Assembly: GCA_030264375.1 (NCBI GenBank)
Contig: JASCQW010000137.1
Location: 25,387,872 to 25,451,871, forward strand
Origin: Carcharhinus longimanus
Taxonomy: Eukaryota
Direction: 5' to 3'
Length of the DNA stretch: 64,000 bases
Shown: positions 50,304 through 64,000 of the stretch, piece after piece
How positions within the stretch are numbered: position 1 is the first letter of the stretch
How the letters are laid out: each line of letters begins with the position of its first letter
Program-made: the position numbers and the translations under genes
The notes under the pieces: generated by a model
What the model was told of the DNA's origin: nothing
The model's database searches: none
The model's input: the letters and a program-made list of their open reading frames with translations, nothing else

Positions 50304-51344
50304 TGTTAGAAACAAGCAAAAATTGAAAACAAAGGCTTGAGGCCCTTACTGGTGTTCACATTTCCATTGAGATTTCAGAGTAGGTCAGGTAAATAAACTG
50401 TCTATGATCCCATAGAGACCAATAACTTTTAAAGAGAAGTCCAAACTTTCTGCTTATAGCTGAGAGAATGACACATCAAGATTGCACATTTTAAGACCTT
50501 TACTGTAACAAAAGACAAAAAAGCGCTCTTGACTAAATTCGATCTTTCTAGGCAACTTATAATTTAAATTACAAAACAAAACAGTCACCTTTCTTTCAGT
50601 GCAATCAAAAATACACTTCATAGATATAATTTACACTGTCCTTTACGTAGGCATGCAATTCTCCTGGTTGCAGTCCATGGTGATTCATAGCTCCTAGGGG
50701 CTACTTCTGTTAGTTTCTTCTTAAACTGGGAAGTTTTAAACTCAGAACTGCCTTTACAACAGATCCCCCCTGGAGATTCTTCCACTTGTACAAGCTAGAT
50801 GAATCTTCCAGTCTCATTTTAACTCCTCATGAATTTGATCTTTTCAATTCAAGCTCCCATCCACATTCCTGTGTGGTGAACCAGAATATCTTATTACCTA
50901 ACGTTGCTCTCCCTCTCGTGGATCCTGGTAGACAACAGCTATCTGTGTGTTTTCAGTGTTCATTGTACCCTTCCCTCTAAATCCTAAGTTCATGGCAATG
51001 TGAATTATATGAGCCTTGTACCCAGGTAAAACTGCTGATCAGCTATCCTTGACACCACAACTCTATCTTTATCTTGGAAGTGGACAATTAAAGAACAACT
51101 GTGTACAGCCCAACATTCTGAACACTTTTCTGGGGCTTTGAAACACTCAGTCTATCCCCAAACAAACAGGCTTTGTCTCCATGTGCAAAACAACTTGCAT
51201 CTTCTTCTCAACAAAACAATCTAGGCTGCCTTTAATCTCTAGCAATCAAATCACCCAGGCTAGCTGTCAGATCACATGAATCCCTCATTTTACCTTAAAG
51301 ATAGAGTCCCAAAACATAAACTTCTAAACCTTATAAATGTAACA
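50304..51344. mobile_element. Possible solo LTR
   Basis: TGTT..TGTAACA ends and composition similar to 43574-44331; no clean TSD. Confidence 0.35.
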
Positions 51345-52048
51345 GAGGTATGATAAAAAAATCAAGTGCAATATGAGAATATTAAAATTGAAAATCATGG
51401 CAAATATATATGAAATTTTACTACATGCAGTTTTGAGTTCCATGCTATAGGAAGGATATTGAAGTAATAGTGACTGTGCAGATTCAATAGGTTGCTGCCT
51501 GGCATGAGGTAATGAAATTACAAAGAAATCTCTGAAAAATCAACAGTGCAATGTTTTCATTGCAACAAAGGACATTATTGAATGATTTAGTAGATGTGTT
51601 TAAAATTATGGGACATGATAGATAAAATTTTCAGTTGTTGTGTGGTTTGAAAGAAGATTAAAGATTTAAATTTTCCAATGGAAAGTCAGAAAAACTTTTT
51701 AATGCAGAGACTGATGAGGCTTCAAAAACATTACATGAGTTGACAATTGAAACAGCATTCATGCCAACTTTTAAGGAGGGCATGGGATCCAAGGGCCTTT
51801 GGCCTTGTGGATCCAGAACTGGCTTGCCTGCAGAAGGCAGAGAGTGGTTGTGNNNNNNNNNNNNNNNNNNNNNNNNNNNNNNNNNNNNNNNNNNNNNNNN
51901 NNNNNNNNNNNNNNNNNNNNNNNNNNNNNNNNNNNNNNNNNNNNNNNNNNNNATAGATTGGTAGGTGTTGACGTGATCGGCGCAACTCGTGGGCCGAAGG
52001 GCCTGTTTGTGCTGTAGTGTTCTATGTTCGCAAAGTGATTGAAGGAAG

Positions 52049-52130
52049 TGAGGATAATGAGAGGATATGGAAATATAGTGAGTATACGGTGAGGATAATG
52101 AGAAGATATGGAAATACGGTGAGTATATGG
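52049..52130. repeat. ~41-bp tandem duplication
   Basis: GTGAGGATAATGAGA(G/A)GATATGGAAATA..GTGAGTATA twice. Confidence 0.9.
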
Positions 52131-55100
52131 AATTAAAACTTTCAGTCAACAGTGTGGGCTGGTAAGTTGGAAGGGAGTGAGGCCTGTCGCCTCTGGATGC
52201 GGATCAACGGCAGGCACAAGAGCTGCCGAACGCTGAACTGAGCTGTTTAAGTGACTTGCCATGGTACTCTGGGATTTCATCCCAATTGTCAAACATTTGA
52301 CCCTCTAGCCCTCCCCACATATTCCCTCACCCAGCCACTCCCCAAACCCATACGCATCAGTTCATGCCAACCCACACTGCCATCTACCCGCAATGTCCCT
52401 CTCATACAGAGCACTCGCCCCTGATCCCCTACAACCGCTTATAGCCTCTATGCCAATTTCATACCCCAGCCCATGCCTCCTTACTGCCCCTATGCCGAGT
52501 TGTAACTCATGCCAACCCATGTCACCCTTTGTTCTTACACCCTCCGTTTCATCCCATCCAGTATCTACCATAGATAGGGCTCAGGAGCAATGCTGAGATG
52601 ACATAAAACCATGTTCTAAATATATATCTTGGAGTTCACTATATGAAATTCATGAAAGCTGACCCAATATATTTAAATTCCCTCAATGAAGAAATCCCTC
52701 ATAAAATCAAACATTTGTATTTATAACCCCACATCTAATATAGTAAGTGCTTTGATAACCTCCTTGAGCTGTCAACCAAACTGCAAACTTATACCCTCCC
52801 CAATTCCCCACTGTGATAATGATAGGTTGAGGAAAACAGCCAGCCATTAATGATGCTAGAATAACAGTACTTAGAATTTTATCAACAAACATCTGTTGAA
52901 TCTAGAAGAGTAGATTCTACTCTCAGGCACAGGCAAACTTTTTTTTTCATTTAAACAACATGACAGCTGGACAATATTCTACATCATATCAACTTTTCAA
53001 TGCCATTCACCAATCTCTAAAGGTTTGTAATTCCCATACAATGGGATAATGCCCTTTCTATAGTGTACATCAGTTCTATTTGAACCCAACAATGAGTTCA
53101 GGGTTGGAAAGATTGGTCTTGCACTACTACTGCCGGCGAGAATGGAGAATTTGGCGCTCAGCTAAATCTTTGCCCCCAGCTGCAGGACCATAGAATCTCA
53201 GTCGTGGGGAATCTTGGCCAATTCCGGCCCAAGTATCTCTGTTGAGTTTGCGTTTCCCTTTATCCCCCATTGTCAGAAACAGGGGCGGGACATCCAGATC
53301 AGGTTTCCACTGGCCATTTCTGAAAGTCTCTGGAGCCTCCAAGACTCAGCAAAAAATCCAGCCCACAATTTTGATATAAATCTGGGTAATCTTGATAATG
53401 CTTTTCCAAACATAAAAATAATGGACCCAGCCCATTTTCCAGCCATCCCATCGGTTGGGGGGGGGGAGGGGGTGGGGAGGGGGGTGCAGAATCTTCCAGT
53501 CCCACCAATGGTGATGCCCTGCAGCATATTCTCTGGCAGTGGAATGGGCAAGCCATGCAAAATACCATAGACATCGGTGAGACTAGAAGGTCCTGCCAGC
53601 TGCCAATAACCTCCATTGTCAGGGCAGGGGAACCCATCCATCATATTAGTATTAGGTGGCATGCTGTTTAGAACACTTATTTGTCCAGGTAATTAAGTTA
53701 TTTAAAAAAAGAGCAATGGAGATGAGTGGAGAAATGTTTTCACACAGCATGTGGTTAAGATCTGAAATGTGGTGCCTGATAATGTGGTGGAGACAGGTTC
53801 AATCAAAGCAGTCAAGGGGATATTGGATTATTATCTGTAAAGGAAGAATGTGCACAGTGTAGGGGAATGACACTGGATGAATTATTCATTTGGAAAGCCA
53901 CCATGGACATGACAGACCAAATGGCCCCCTTCTGTGCTATAATAACTCTTTGATTCTGTGAAACTGCTTACTAAATCAGGTCCAGTGTGCTAAACATTAG
54001 TATGCACTCTTATCAGTATAGGAATTTATAAAATAAACTGCTTATTTAATTTTAAGGAACCTCTCTCGGAAATCAGACTTGCCAACTAAAATGGCACATT
54101 ATATCGCATCGTGCTGCTGACATTGATAGGAGGTCCAATGTCGTATGAATGGCAGAGATTTATAGCCTAGGCTCTCTCCACTCCTGGTCCTGGCATTACA
54201 ATAAACAAGGACAGAACATAAATGTATCGGAACATAAGAATTTGATGGAAAAATAAGTCAATCCAAACGCGTTTATGCATCTTATATCACAGCATTCCAG
54301 AGGGCTTTACCAGGTGTCAGTCCTTTGGATAAAAGTCAGTGGCTGAGGGCAACCTTAAAAAACAAATGAAAAAGATAAAGATCCAGATTTTTACTGAGTT
54401 GGAAAGACTCTATAGATCTTTAAAAATGGCAGGCAAGATCTAGATGTGGAAGTAACCCCCCTCCCCCCCAACCAACTCCATTTCCAAGGAATCCAATTTT
54501 TGCTGTCAGAGGATGGGGGCAGGTAATGATTCACACAGACAGGATCCTGAACTCAGCAGGGCTAACTGAATTAGTTCTGAGCTCAAACAGATCCACTTTG
54601 GTTGGTCCATGAGCCTTATCCTATAGTGTGAGAGGCACAAAATGACAGAGCAGATGTAAAAGCTCTTGAGGGATGGATAAGATATCTTCAAGTGCCATGT
54701 CTGAATTTTGCTTTTAAGTCCTCTGTTCTTTAAACATGAAAATAAACTGTCAGTGAGCATTAGAAAATGTCTGCTGGACTACTTTGATTGACAGGCCATC
54801 TGGTTTAGGTGACAACAAATATTACGATTTGTTCATGTAGTTTCAATAGTAGTCATTGTTGACATTTCCCAAGGGTTATTATTATGTCATCATGAGTACT
54901 TTTTGAGCTTCAAAAGCTGAAATTACCTCAGCAGGTTCGCAGTTCACAATTTGATAGACAATTTAAAGAGGCTATTAAAGAATTAGCTGTCTTTGATGGA
55001 GTTTGTTTTTATCAGAGATTAATGATTTCAAGAGATTAAAAAGTTTTGACTGGGTTTTAAGATGGCAGGTTTCTTTCCAATATCAAATTTGTATGAGTGA

Positions 55101-57734
55101 GAGATGTATTAAATTGTTAGAATTTATTTTCATCTGCACATGGCCCCTGTGGTCTGCAGATGGTGAGCACTGGTGAGTGGCTACAGAGGTGGCATGGGGA
55201 AAAGAGGTGTGTTCAGGGCCTGAGTTAACACACTGAATGGCACAGGGGTATTTGGGGCTATGGGTAGCAAGCAGGAGCATGAGTTAGCATGGGTGGTGAG
55301 GGTGTGTGAGTAGTAAGGGCCTAACAGCTTTTAAAACAACTGGGATGATGGGATGAAGTCCCAGAGGACTGGAGCAGGTCTTCCAACCACCCTCCTAGGC
55401 ACTCACCTGTCTGTGTGGCCAACTCAAAGATCTGCTTCTGTAGGTCAATGCCATCAGCCTCTTCAGAGTGAAAATTGGGTGCACCGGTACTATTTAAAGT
55501 GAGGTGGACCTGCTGTGTCAAAACATTCCCTGACTCAAGCTACCCAGCTTGGTCGTGAAGATCAGGCCCAATGGGTGCAATGATCCAGTTTTGAGTTGGA
55601 TTCAAGTATAAACCATATTAGCCAGGACATAAGATTAGGGCTGCAATATACTGTAATGTTAAAATTCCAGACAATGAAAAAAAAATCCACTTAAACTGAA
55701 ACTAGCCATTCCACAAGTAAAATATTCACTTCAGTATGCTGTCCACATTTTATTAATTTTTCTATCTTATATTGCCAGATGGTCTCAAAAATAAATTAAA
55801 TAAAATGTGCAAATGATCCAATGTCAGAAACAAAATTCTGGGAAGCACCACGATTCAAGTGAAACTGTTTTGATGTTTCTTTCTGTATTGGAGATGACAA
55901 TGCAGGCCAATTGAATATTTTATCTTCTTTATAGCCAGTAACAGCAACAAGCTGTATTGGAGAGCTCCTCTTGATACTATAGCCTAGAATGTCCTTGTAA
56001 TTTTCTGTGCAACAGCAGCCTACGTACTATGTTTTGCTGCTTTTTTTATATAGAAATGTTGGGCCAAAGTGACTTTTCTTGTTGCTAGGACAGCTATTTG
56101 TGTGAACATCCTTGATCCTGTGCATTGTTCCCAAATTCCCTATGTTGAAACTCCACTAATTTTGCAAACAGAATTTCACCCACTCTCCCTTCTGGACCGA
56201 CTGTGACCTGTTCATGCCTTCGAGTTCGCTTTGCTGACATTTTATCTGTGAGGATAATTACTTTGTCCTCTCCCTTTCCTTTTTTCCCACTCACCATCTA
56301 AGGCCAAGAGTTCAGATGAGTAACCTGCGTTCAAGCCTCCACTAATCGTGCTGTATTTGCTGTGACAATGAACTAGTTCAGAGGCTGGATTTTAATACCT
56401 TCCTGTTTAGGAGCAGGGTTGGGGTCAGGGGTCAGGATGTGGCAGGGTGGAGGGAAGCAGAAAGGAGCTGGGTTGCTGGCTCACAAATATTGTGCCAGTA
56501 TCGACCATATCAGCCAGGAGATAAGATTAGGGCTGCAATACACAGCAATGTTAAATTTTTAGAAGATAAAGAAAATCCACTTAAAGTCAAAACTGGCCAT
56601 TCCACAAGTAAAACAGAAGCTTCTCAGCCTCCTGCATGTTCACTTACATTCCCTTTGTCCCATTCCACTATCCCTCCCAACCCTCATAGTGTTGCTGACT
56701 CTTTCCTCTCAGCTTTGACAAAGGATCGTCGAGATTCGAAACATTGGCTCAATTCTCTCTCCACAGATGCGGTCAGACCTGCTGAGATTTTCCAGCATTT
56801 TTCTGTTTGTAAAACAGAACAGAAGAAGCTTGAAGGACCAGTCGTTCTTATCCTGCCCTTCTTCATTGGATGTTGGTCCATTTTGATTTTTCTGCCTCTC
56901 CCTTTTCAGAACTGGTAGCATTTTTCAATCATGCATCGACGCATAGATGTGGCTGAGATCAGAAACTCAGCAAATGGTTCTTACAGGCAAGAATCTCTCT
57001 CTCTNNNNNNNNNNNNNNNNNNNNNNNNNNNNNNNNNNNNNNNNNNNNNNNNNNNNNNNNNNNNNNNNNNNNNNNNNNNNNNNNNNNNNNNNNNNNNNNN
57101 NNNNATGGTTCTTACAGGCAAGAATCTCTCTCTCTCACACACACAATGCTGGAAATAGTGCTCCAAGGTCACATGTCATGTCAGGCTGTTGATTTCTCAC
57201 CTCGCTCTCCTGATCAGCTCAAACTAATCAAGACTCTTGCCTTTTACGGGTGGACAGGAAAACGTTTGTAAAAGGGCCACAAGAGTTTAAAGTGTAATGA
57301 AATGTACAGGATTTCCTGAGAACATGACAGTGTGATGTTCAGAGTTGTTTCAAAAGTGACTTGCGTTGAATTTTGCGCTTGTCTGTATTTCCCCGATTGC
57401 AATTCTGTGAAACCTCCACTAAAATCCTATCCAATTGTTTATGTAGGCCATTTCTCTAATGTACCGACGACGAAGCACCACTTCAAGCTAGCCTGCACCT
57501 CCTACAGGTGATGTGCAGTCCAGCTATAGCACGAGCTGGTGTGACAGGAATTAAAGAGCAGGAGGAACTTCTTCTGACTTAATGCATTGCTTTACAGTGC
57601 ACTGCATACATCTCTGAAGCAATGCTGGTGCAGGAGCTGGACAGGAAGAGACAGGTTCTCTTCCCTTAGAGTCAAAGGGCCCTCCAGCAGAAACTAAGAA
57701 GATAGGAAAAGGCGGTAGCCATTATGGTTAATAT

Positions 57735-58137
57735 TTTTAATTCATTTGTGGGTCGCTGGTTGGCCAGCATTTATTACCCATTCTTAATTGCTCTTGATAA
57801 GGTGATGGTGAGCTGCCTTCTTGAACAACTCAGCGGCTTGCTGGGCCATTTCAGAGGGCATTTGAGAGTCAATGACATTGGTGTGGGTTTGGAGTCACAC
57901 GTAGACCAGACCAGGTAAGGATAGTAGATTTCTTTCCCTAAAGGACATTAGAGAATCAGATGAGTTTTTCCAACAATTGACATTAGTTTCATGGTCAATA
58001 GTAGATTCTTAATTCCAGATTATTTTACTGATTTCGAATTCCACCATCTCCTGTAGCCGGATTCGAACCCAGAACCCCAGAACATTAGCTGAATTTCTGG
58101 ACTAATATTCTAGCAATAATGCCACTAGGCCATCACC
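57735..58137 (-). mobile_element. tRNA-derived SINE with a tail shared with the LINE at 31700-32031
   Basis: Minus-strand head GGCCTAGTGGCATTATTGCTAG..GGGTTCGAATCC; tail GGCCAGCATTTATTACCCAT..TAATTGC on + strand. Confidence 0.8.
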
Positions 58138-58419
58138 AATGCCAGTAGTCTCTCCCCAAGGTTCCTCCAAGTGGTTCAATAGCCTCAAGGACAGAGAATG
58201 CACTTAGCATATCCTACCCTTGCATCACCAGCCTCACACGCTACTCCTTTCACCAAAAAAACTTCTCATTCACTGGCCAACAATCTCCAGTCGTAACTCA
58301 TACCTCACTTTCATAAGCCCACCTCATAAATTTTTATCATTGTTGCAAGTCTCACATCCACATCACACAGCCTGCACACACACCGCCAGCAATTCAATTG
58401 TATTAAGCACATCACTGTG

Positions 58420-58874
58420 AGGGCATTCTTTCTGATTCTATCACAGCTTGGTATGGCTCTTGCTCTGCCCAAGACTGCAAGAAACTACAAAACGTCATGA
58501 ATGTAGCCCAATCCATCATGCAAACCAGCCTCCCAAGCATTGACTCTGTCTACATTTCCCACTGCCTCGAAAAAACAGCCAGCATAATTAAAGACCCTAC
58601 ACACCCTGGACATTCTCTCTTTCACCTTCCTCCTTCGGGAAAAAGATATAAAGTCTGAGGTCATGTATCAACCGACTCAAGCACAGCTTCTTCCCTGCTG
58701 CCATGAGACTTTTGAATGGACCTATCTCGCATGGTTTATCTTTCTCGACACTCTAGCCACATTCTGCACTCTCTCGTTTTTCTCAATGAACGGTATGCTT
58801 TGTCTGTATAACGTGCAAGGAACAGTACTTTTCATTGTATACCAATACATGTGACAATAATAAATCAAATCAAA
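58420..58874 (+). mobile_element. Rex1/Babar LINE 3' fragment
   Basis: ITAWYGSCSAQDCKKLQNV..SIIKDPTHPGHSLFHLPPSGKRYKSL; tail AATAAATCAAATCAAA. Confidence 0.88.
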
Positions 58875-60169
58875 GTATTACATGGACACATTGACCAGGA
58901 TTTTCCATTCCCCATCATATCAGACGGGTTCCGCGCCAGGAGTTGAAAATATTACAAGCACAGCAAAGCCACATTTTACCTCGGCGTAAACACATGACAA
59001 AATTGTCTCCTCCCTTTCCATCAGTGACGGGACGCATTTCCCAACATTAAACGTCGGGAATATCATTATAATAAATTACCATATCATTATCAGGCCCCTA
59101 TGCCAGAATCATTCACACCCTCACCCCATCCACAGTGACATGATGGCAGAATGGCGTTCTGCATGACAGATCTCCATAAGCATGCACCTGGTGAGCTGAC
59201 TCCCGAGGGAACTCATGAAAGTGCAGCATTCAGCGGGGAGAGGGATATGTCCAGGGATTGCCCAGGTTACCGGCCTTTAAGAACGGTGCCCTGCTCTTCG
59301 ACTGTCTAAATTGCTGGTGGGTGGCGAATCAGAGGCTACTCACCATGGAACCCGTGACATCAGGTTCTTTTTTTTGGTGCTGAATTATACAGCAGAGAAA
59401 GCTGCCATTGCTGTCGGTGACTTTAGCGCCATTTTTTGTGGATCAAATTCGGCCTTTGCTGAAAATCAGGGGGAAATCCTGATCACTGTACCAGACTCTC
59501 TGACACAATTCCTTCTCTCTTGCAGGAGATGGAAGAGTTCTGTGGGCACCTCCTTGGTGAAGTGCAGATGCTAAGCACACTGCTCCTGCAGCTGAAGGCA
59601 AGAAAAATGTTCCTGGAAGTCCCTTGATGGATCAGGTATCCTGCTGAGAACTCATCTACCACTCTTCACCTCTCTGCAAGCATCTTGTCTTTTTAGTCAT
59701 TGCCTCTGTGCCATCTCCCTCTCATGATGTAGCCTAATGGGACTGCTACTCTGGCATCCATCACTGGGAGGCAGTGGTGCAGACAAGCTCCCTGCAGCCA
59801 CAATCAACAAATTCTCTAAATTCCTCAAACCATCTAACTTTTCCACAAACTCAAAGAGGGCCAGCAGAGAGTAACAAGTAACTAAATTATTGATAATACC
59901 TTTATTTAGCATTGGATTTTGGGGATAGTCCTTCATGCTGTTGAATACACATTGAGCTGATAAAAGAGAGGGGGGTAACTAGTGATGAGGTCCAAAAATG
60001 TCAAGCGAATGTCAAATCAGTGTTAGACACAGATCGATGTCATAATCTGCCGACATAGTATACTTCCAGCACATGCTTGTGATACCCATCACTTAGATAG
60101 AGCTTATTATAGGTCATGCCATATGTCAGCATAAGCAGCACAGATGCCATTTTGGATGACAATTGTACA

Positions 60170-60625
60170 GCGGCATGGTGGCGCACCAGTTAGCACTGTT
60201 GCCTCACAGTGCCAGGGACCCGGGTTCAATACTGGGCTTGAGTCACTGTCTGTGTGGAATTTGCACATTCACCCCATGTCGCCATGCATTTCCTCTGGGT
60301 GCTCCAGTTTCCTCTCACGNNNNNNNNNNNNNNNNNNNNNNNNNNNNNNNNNNNNNNNNNNNNNNNNNNNNNNNNNNNNNNNNNNNNNNNNNNNNNNNNN
60401 NNNNNNNNNNNNNNNNNNNTTCACCCCATGTCGCCATGCATTTCCTCTGCGTGCTCCAGTTTCCTCTCACGGTCCAAAGATGTGTGGTTAGGTTGACTGG
60501 CCAGGCAAATTGTCCCTTAGTGTCGGGGGGGGTTAACAGGGTAAATATGTGGGGTTACAGGGATAGGGCACGGGTGGGACTGTTGTTGGTGCAGACTTGA
60601 TAGGCCGAATGGCTTCCTTCTGCAT
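60170..60625 (+). mobile_element. HE1-type SINE (gap with duplicated flank inside)
   Basis: CGGCATGGTGGC..GTTAGCACTGTTGCCTCAC head; GGCCGAATGGCTTCCTTCTGCA tail. Confidence 0.9.
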
Positions 60626-62226
60626 CAGTAATTGTGATGCTCCTGGAACTATGGAGCCTGTAAGGGCATTGTGCCTTTGCCACTAGCTTACACTTATAGC
60701 TTAAAAATGCCAAAAGGGCAGTCGGTGAAACATTGCCTCGTTCTTTGATCTATCGTCCTCCTCCTGTCAACTTTTTCTCTATCTCTACTGTCCTGCATGT
60801 CTCCCGTTCACTGTGAGATTTGTAAATACTTTCTCCTTTTTGCTCTCATGGAGAATTTGTGAAAGTGAGATAACTACAGACTCAAGTTAGGCCACCACTT
60901 AAAGCAGTTAGGAAGGCCTCAGTTGAAATTAGATGGGCTTAGAGTTTTAATTGTGAAATTTCGTGATTCCACCCTCCACTGTGAAATGGGCAATAACACC
61001 AGGAATGTCTGGGCTTCATTGTGGAAATTCCCATCGACTAAAATTACAGTAAAAAAAAATCTCAAGAGTCTAAATGTATGACAATTTTGATAATACATGC
61101 TTCACAAATTTGAAAATTAGCTTTAAAAAATATTTTAGATACAGGTTGGATATCACTAACTCCTGAACAATATATTTATTTCTTTTGTCACTTTTTTTGA
61201 TTCAAGTCAGCCAGCCTAACATCAGAAGAGTAACAATTCTGGCTGCATTAAGCTCTGTAACGATTATTTATCAACTTCTGCTGCTTTTCAACGAGACTCT
61301 TTCATTGTGGTTTAAAATGTAACCTGTTTGAATGCATTGGGCTCAGAAAAGTCAACGTCAACCTTTCTTAAAAGCAGGTTTGCTGTCTGCCTCCCTTCCA
61401 TGACCAGAGGCCTCATTGCTAAGAAGAGGATTCTCTGCTCTCGGCAAGCTCTGTAACTGCAGCGACGCAGGCTTCATGGTTGCGAGCATGTAGCTCCTGA
61501 TTCACGTACTTTGTTATGAATGCCATTGCAAAAGCTGCATGCATTTTCACGGAGGAATTTGAGAGTCTTTTTCCTATGATATGATCCATTTCCACACCCA
61601 GGGATCTCAGCACTGGATGCCGTCATTAAGGGTTAGCTACAGGCTTACATTTGCCGCTTCAAAACGTGCGTGCCATATAACCACAAGGATGGTTAAGTGA
61701 AATATTGTCTCATTTTTTGATCTGTATTCTGCTTCTTGTTCACTTTTTCCGTCTCCCTTTTCCTGCATTTCTATCTCTGCAGATTATTTTCTGTGTGATT
61801 TGTAAATCGATATTTTTAAAAACATGTTTTTAATAAACACATTTCAACACAGGACTAGCCTACAAACTTCATTCAACTCTTTGTTGGTGAAAATTCATTA
61901 ATGTTGATTGCCAAATAAAGGAGTGGGCAATATTCCTGTCCAAATATTGACAGTGGATGTGCTGAGTGTGTGTGTTCGCGGCGTTGTAAATGCTGCTTTT
62001 CTTTTGAATACCCTAAAGTTAACATTAGTACAGGATTTACCAAGGCCCAAGAGTGCAGTTAGACAGGGTTTATGGAACGGAATTGGTGTTGTGTCTCTAA
62101 AAATAGGGCTCGAGTGGCGTGTGGACTGTCAAAGGCTTAATACAGCAAAAAAAATCTTTCAGCTCAAATCCAAACGGCCAAACGCATTAAATCCTTGCAC
62201 ACAAATGCCACCTATCCCACCCGAAT

Positions 62227-62400
62227 GACTGCAGAAGATCAAGTGTAATAGCCTGCACACACTGATTGCAGAAGATTGGATGTAATAAACCTGCAACGCA
62301 GGACTTCGGGAGATCAAATATACATGGACTCCAAGAGATTGAGTGTAGTAATCTCTGTTCATGGACTTCAGGACATAAAGTGTAATAACGCTGTGTTCAT
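62227..62400. repeat. Degenerate ~37-bp minisatellite, about 5 units
   Basis: Units begin GA(C/T)T(G/T/C)C and most contain AGAT..(G)TGTA(A/G)TA. Confidence 0.7.
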
Positions 62401-64000
62401 CGGAGATTGTGCATTCTGTGATATGACTCCTGCCTTAACAGGTAAAGTCGAGCTTTTGTGCTAAGTGATATTGTGGGAGTGGTATAATAAAGAACGTTTA
62501 AAGATTCATCCCATTTTACAGTTGTGACACTTTCTAATGTAAGCCTACTTATGACACTAATACATAAACTTAGTTCACTCGATATCATTGGCTGTGCTTT
62601 TTTTGGCCATATCACTATTAGAATAGGGCTGGTATTCTATCTTCTGGTTGGGGAAAAAAATACCGAGTTTGAGTACATTAGGTTTAGTCCTCTTGTTGTA
62701 CAGTAGTTCACATTCTCGAACATATGAACAGCATACTTGGAAAAACGAACCAGTTCATTAAAAAAAAGCAACCCTGCGTCCAAGCGAAAGCCTGAAATGG
62801 AACATTTTCAAACTTTCCAATTTGTACGTTTATGGGAGTTTCATTCCACGGCGGCCTCTTTGCAATTTAGTTTGTAACTAGCTAAAATCAGCAGTATTTT
62901 ATGCTGCGTTTTATTTTGCTGAGCTGCTGCTGGAAGGAAGCACTTGATCCGGCTGTCAGTGCTGGAACATAAATAAGGTGGCATTGTCAGCGCAGCTTAC
63001 CAAGAGGTGGTTTGCCCATTGTCACCAGAGACTGTCTAACAGCAAGCGGCAAACATCCCAATTCTCAAACCAACACCTAAATGTGGACGCAGCAAATTCC
63101 GGATTGCCAGGACTGAAAAGACTTGCTGAGCCGCTTCGAGTGCGAAGTTCAGCAATGTATCTGCGGTCCCGTTATTTAAACCTCTGAGTCAACGTTGACA
63201 GCCCAAAACTATTTCTGTCCCATACGGAGTAAGTTTTAGTCATGTTGCATCTCATCTTGTCAAAATCCTTCAAACACTGCAACTTTTAATTTGCTGTTCT
63301 GCATGAAGTCTCAGTCATCAGAGCCCAGACACAATCACCCCCAACAAATCTTTTAGACTGAGATGTGTGAATGATTCGGAGATGGTTGTGTATGAGTGCA
63401 AATGAAGTAATTCCCAAGGCTGTTTCCCACCACCTTCAACAATGAAGAAGCAAAGGTTAAAGATAAACTTTTCAGTTTCATGTTGGGGAAGATCTGGTCT
63501 AGAAAGAGCAGCAAAATGTTCTCTCTGCAGTGTCAACCGAGAAAGTGTTCACTCAATGTTGTTCAGGTTCTTGTCCTATCTATACTATTGTAGACTTGTC
63601 CTATGTGACCTGGTGTATTGCATAAATTGCTTCCTAACCTTAAATGATTGGGGTCTAGTGGGAGAGCAATTGGAAGATTCTCAAGTTTTTGCTATTTAGT
63701 CGACTCCTATAGTTAAAAGAGATGCTCATCAGGAGTTTGTGGCTTGCACACCCCAAATATCTGCACTAAAACATAAATCANNNNNNNNNNNNNNNNNNNN
63801 NNNNNNNNNNNNNNNNNNNNNNNNNNNNNNNNNNNNNNNNNNNNNNNNNNNNNNNNNNNNNNNNNAGACTCTCTTAAGTACACACAGCTGGTACCATCCT
63901 TCTTTTGCCTCCTTTGCCTGAACCTTTTTCCTGAAGTTAGCTGCTCGTGCTGTGTCATGCTTCATTCAGCAGATCTTTGACTTTTTTTTAATGTGGAAGT

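Noticed and set aside
62227-62400. Repeat array resembling CRISPR; contains the U2-like 12-mer AGATCAAGTGTA
   Set aside because: Vertebrate DNA, degenerate tandem units without unique spacers or cas genes; the 12-mer is in one unit only and plausibly chance

Overview
Eukaryotic, repeat-rich, largely non-coding DNA from a cartilaginous fish, most likely a shark. The evidence is about 20 copies or fragments of the elasmobranch tRNA-derived HE1-type SINE, many CR1/HER1 LINE fragments, Rex1/Babar LINE 3' ends, Deu-domain SINEs, Penelope-derived palindromic mini-elements, GC-rich MITE-like elements and a probable solo LTR. No intact protein-coding gene is supportable: the ORFs in the track are repeat-derived, gap-spanning or unrecognisable. 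Repeat-free, AT-rich, homeodomain-motif-rich blocks suggest a large intron or gene desert with conserved enhancers (unverified). Most notable: (1) a ~330-bp retrocopy built as U2 snRNA nt 1-37, a short structured insert with A-rich tail, U2 nt 38-46, then poly(A), i.e. split at the known Keno target site; (2) foldback Penelope-derived mini-elements with hammerhead-ribozyme cores and clear TSDs, half of them nested in SINEs; (3) a hidden ~3.7-kb element with ~190-bp inverted arms masked by later LINE insertions; (4) unusually long duplications flanking retroposons. Several assembly gaps have duplicated flanks and are probably artefacts. All family names come from recalled consensus motifs, not database searches.
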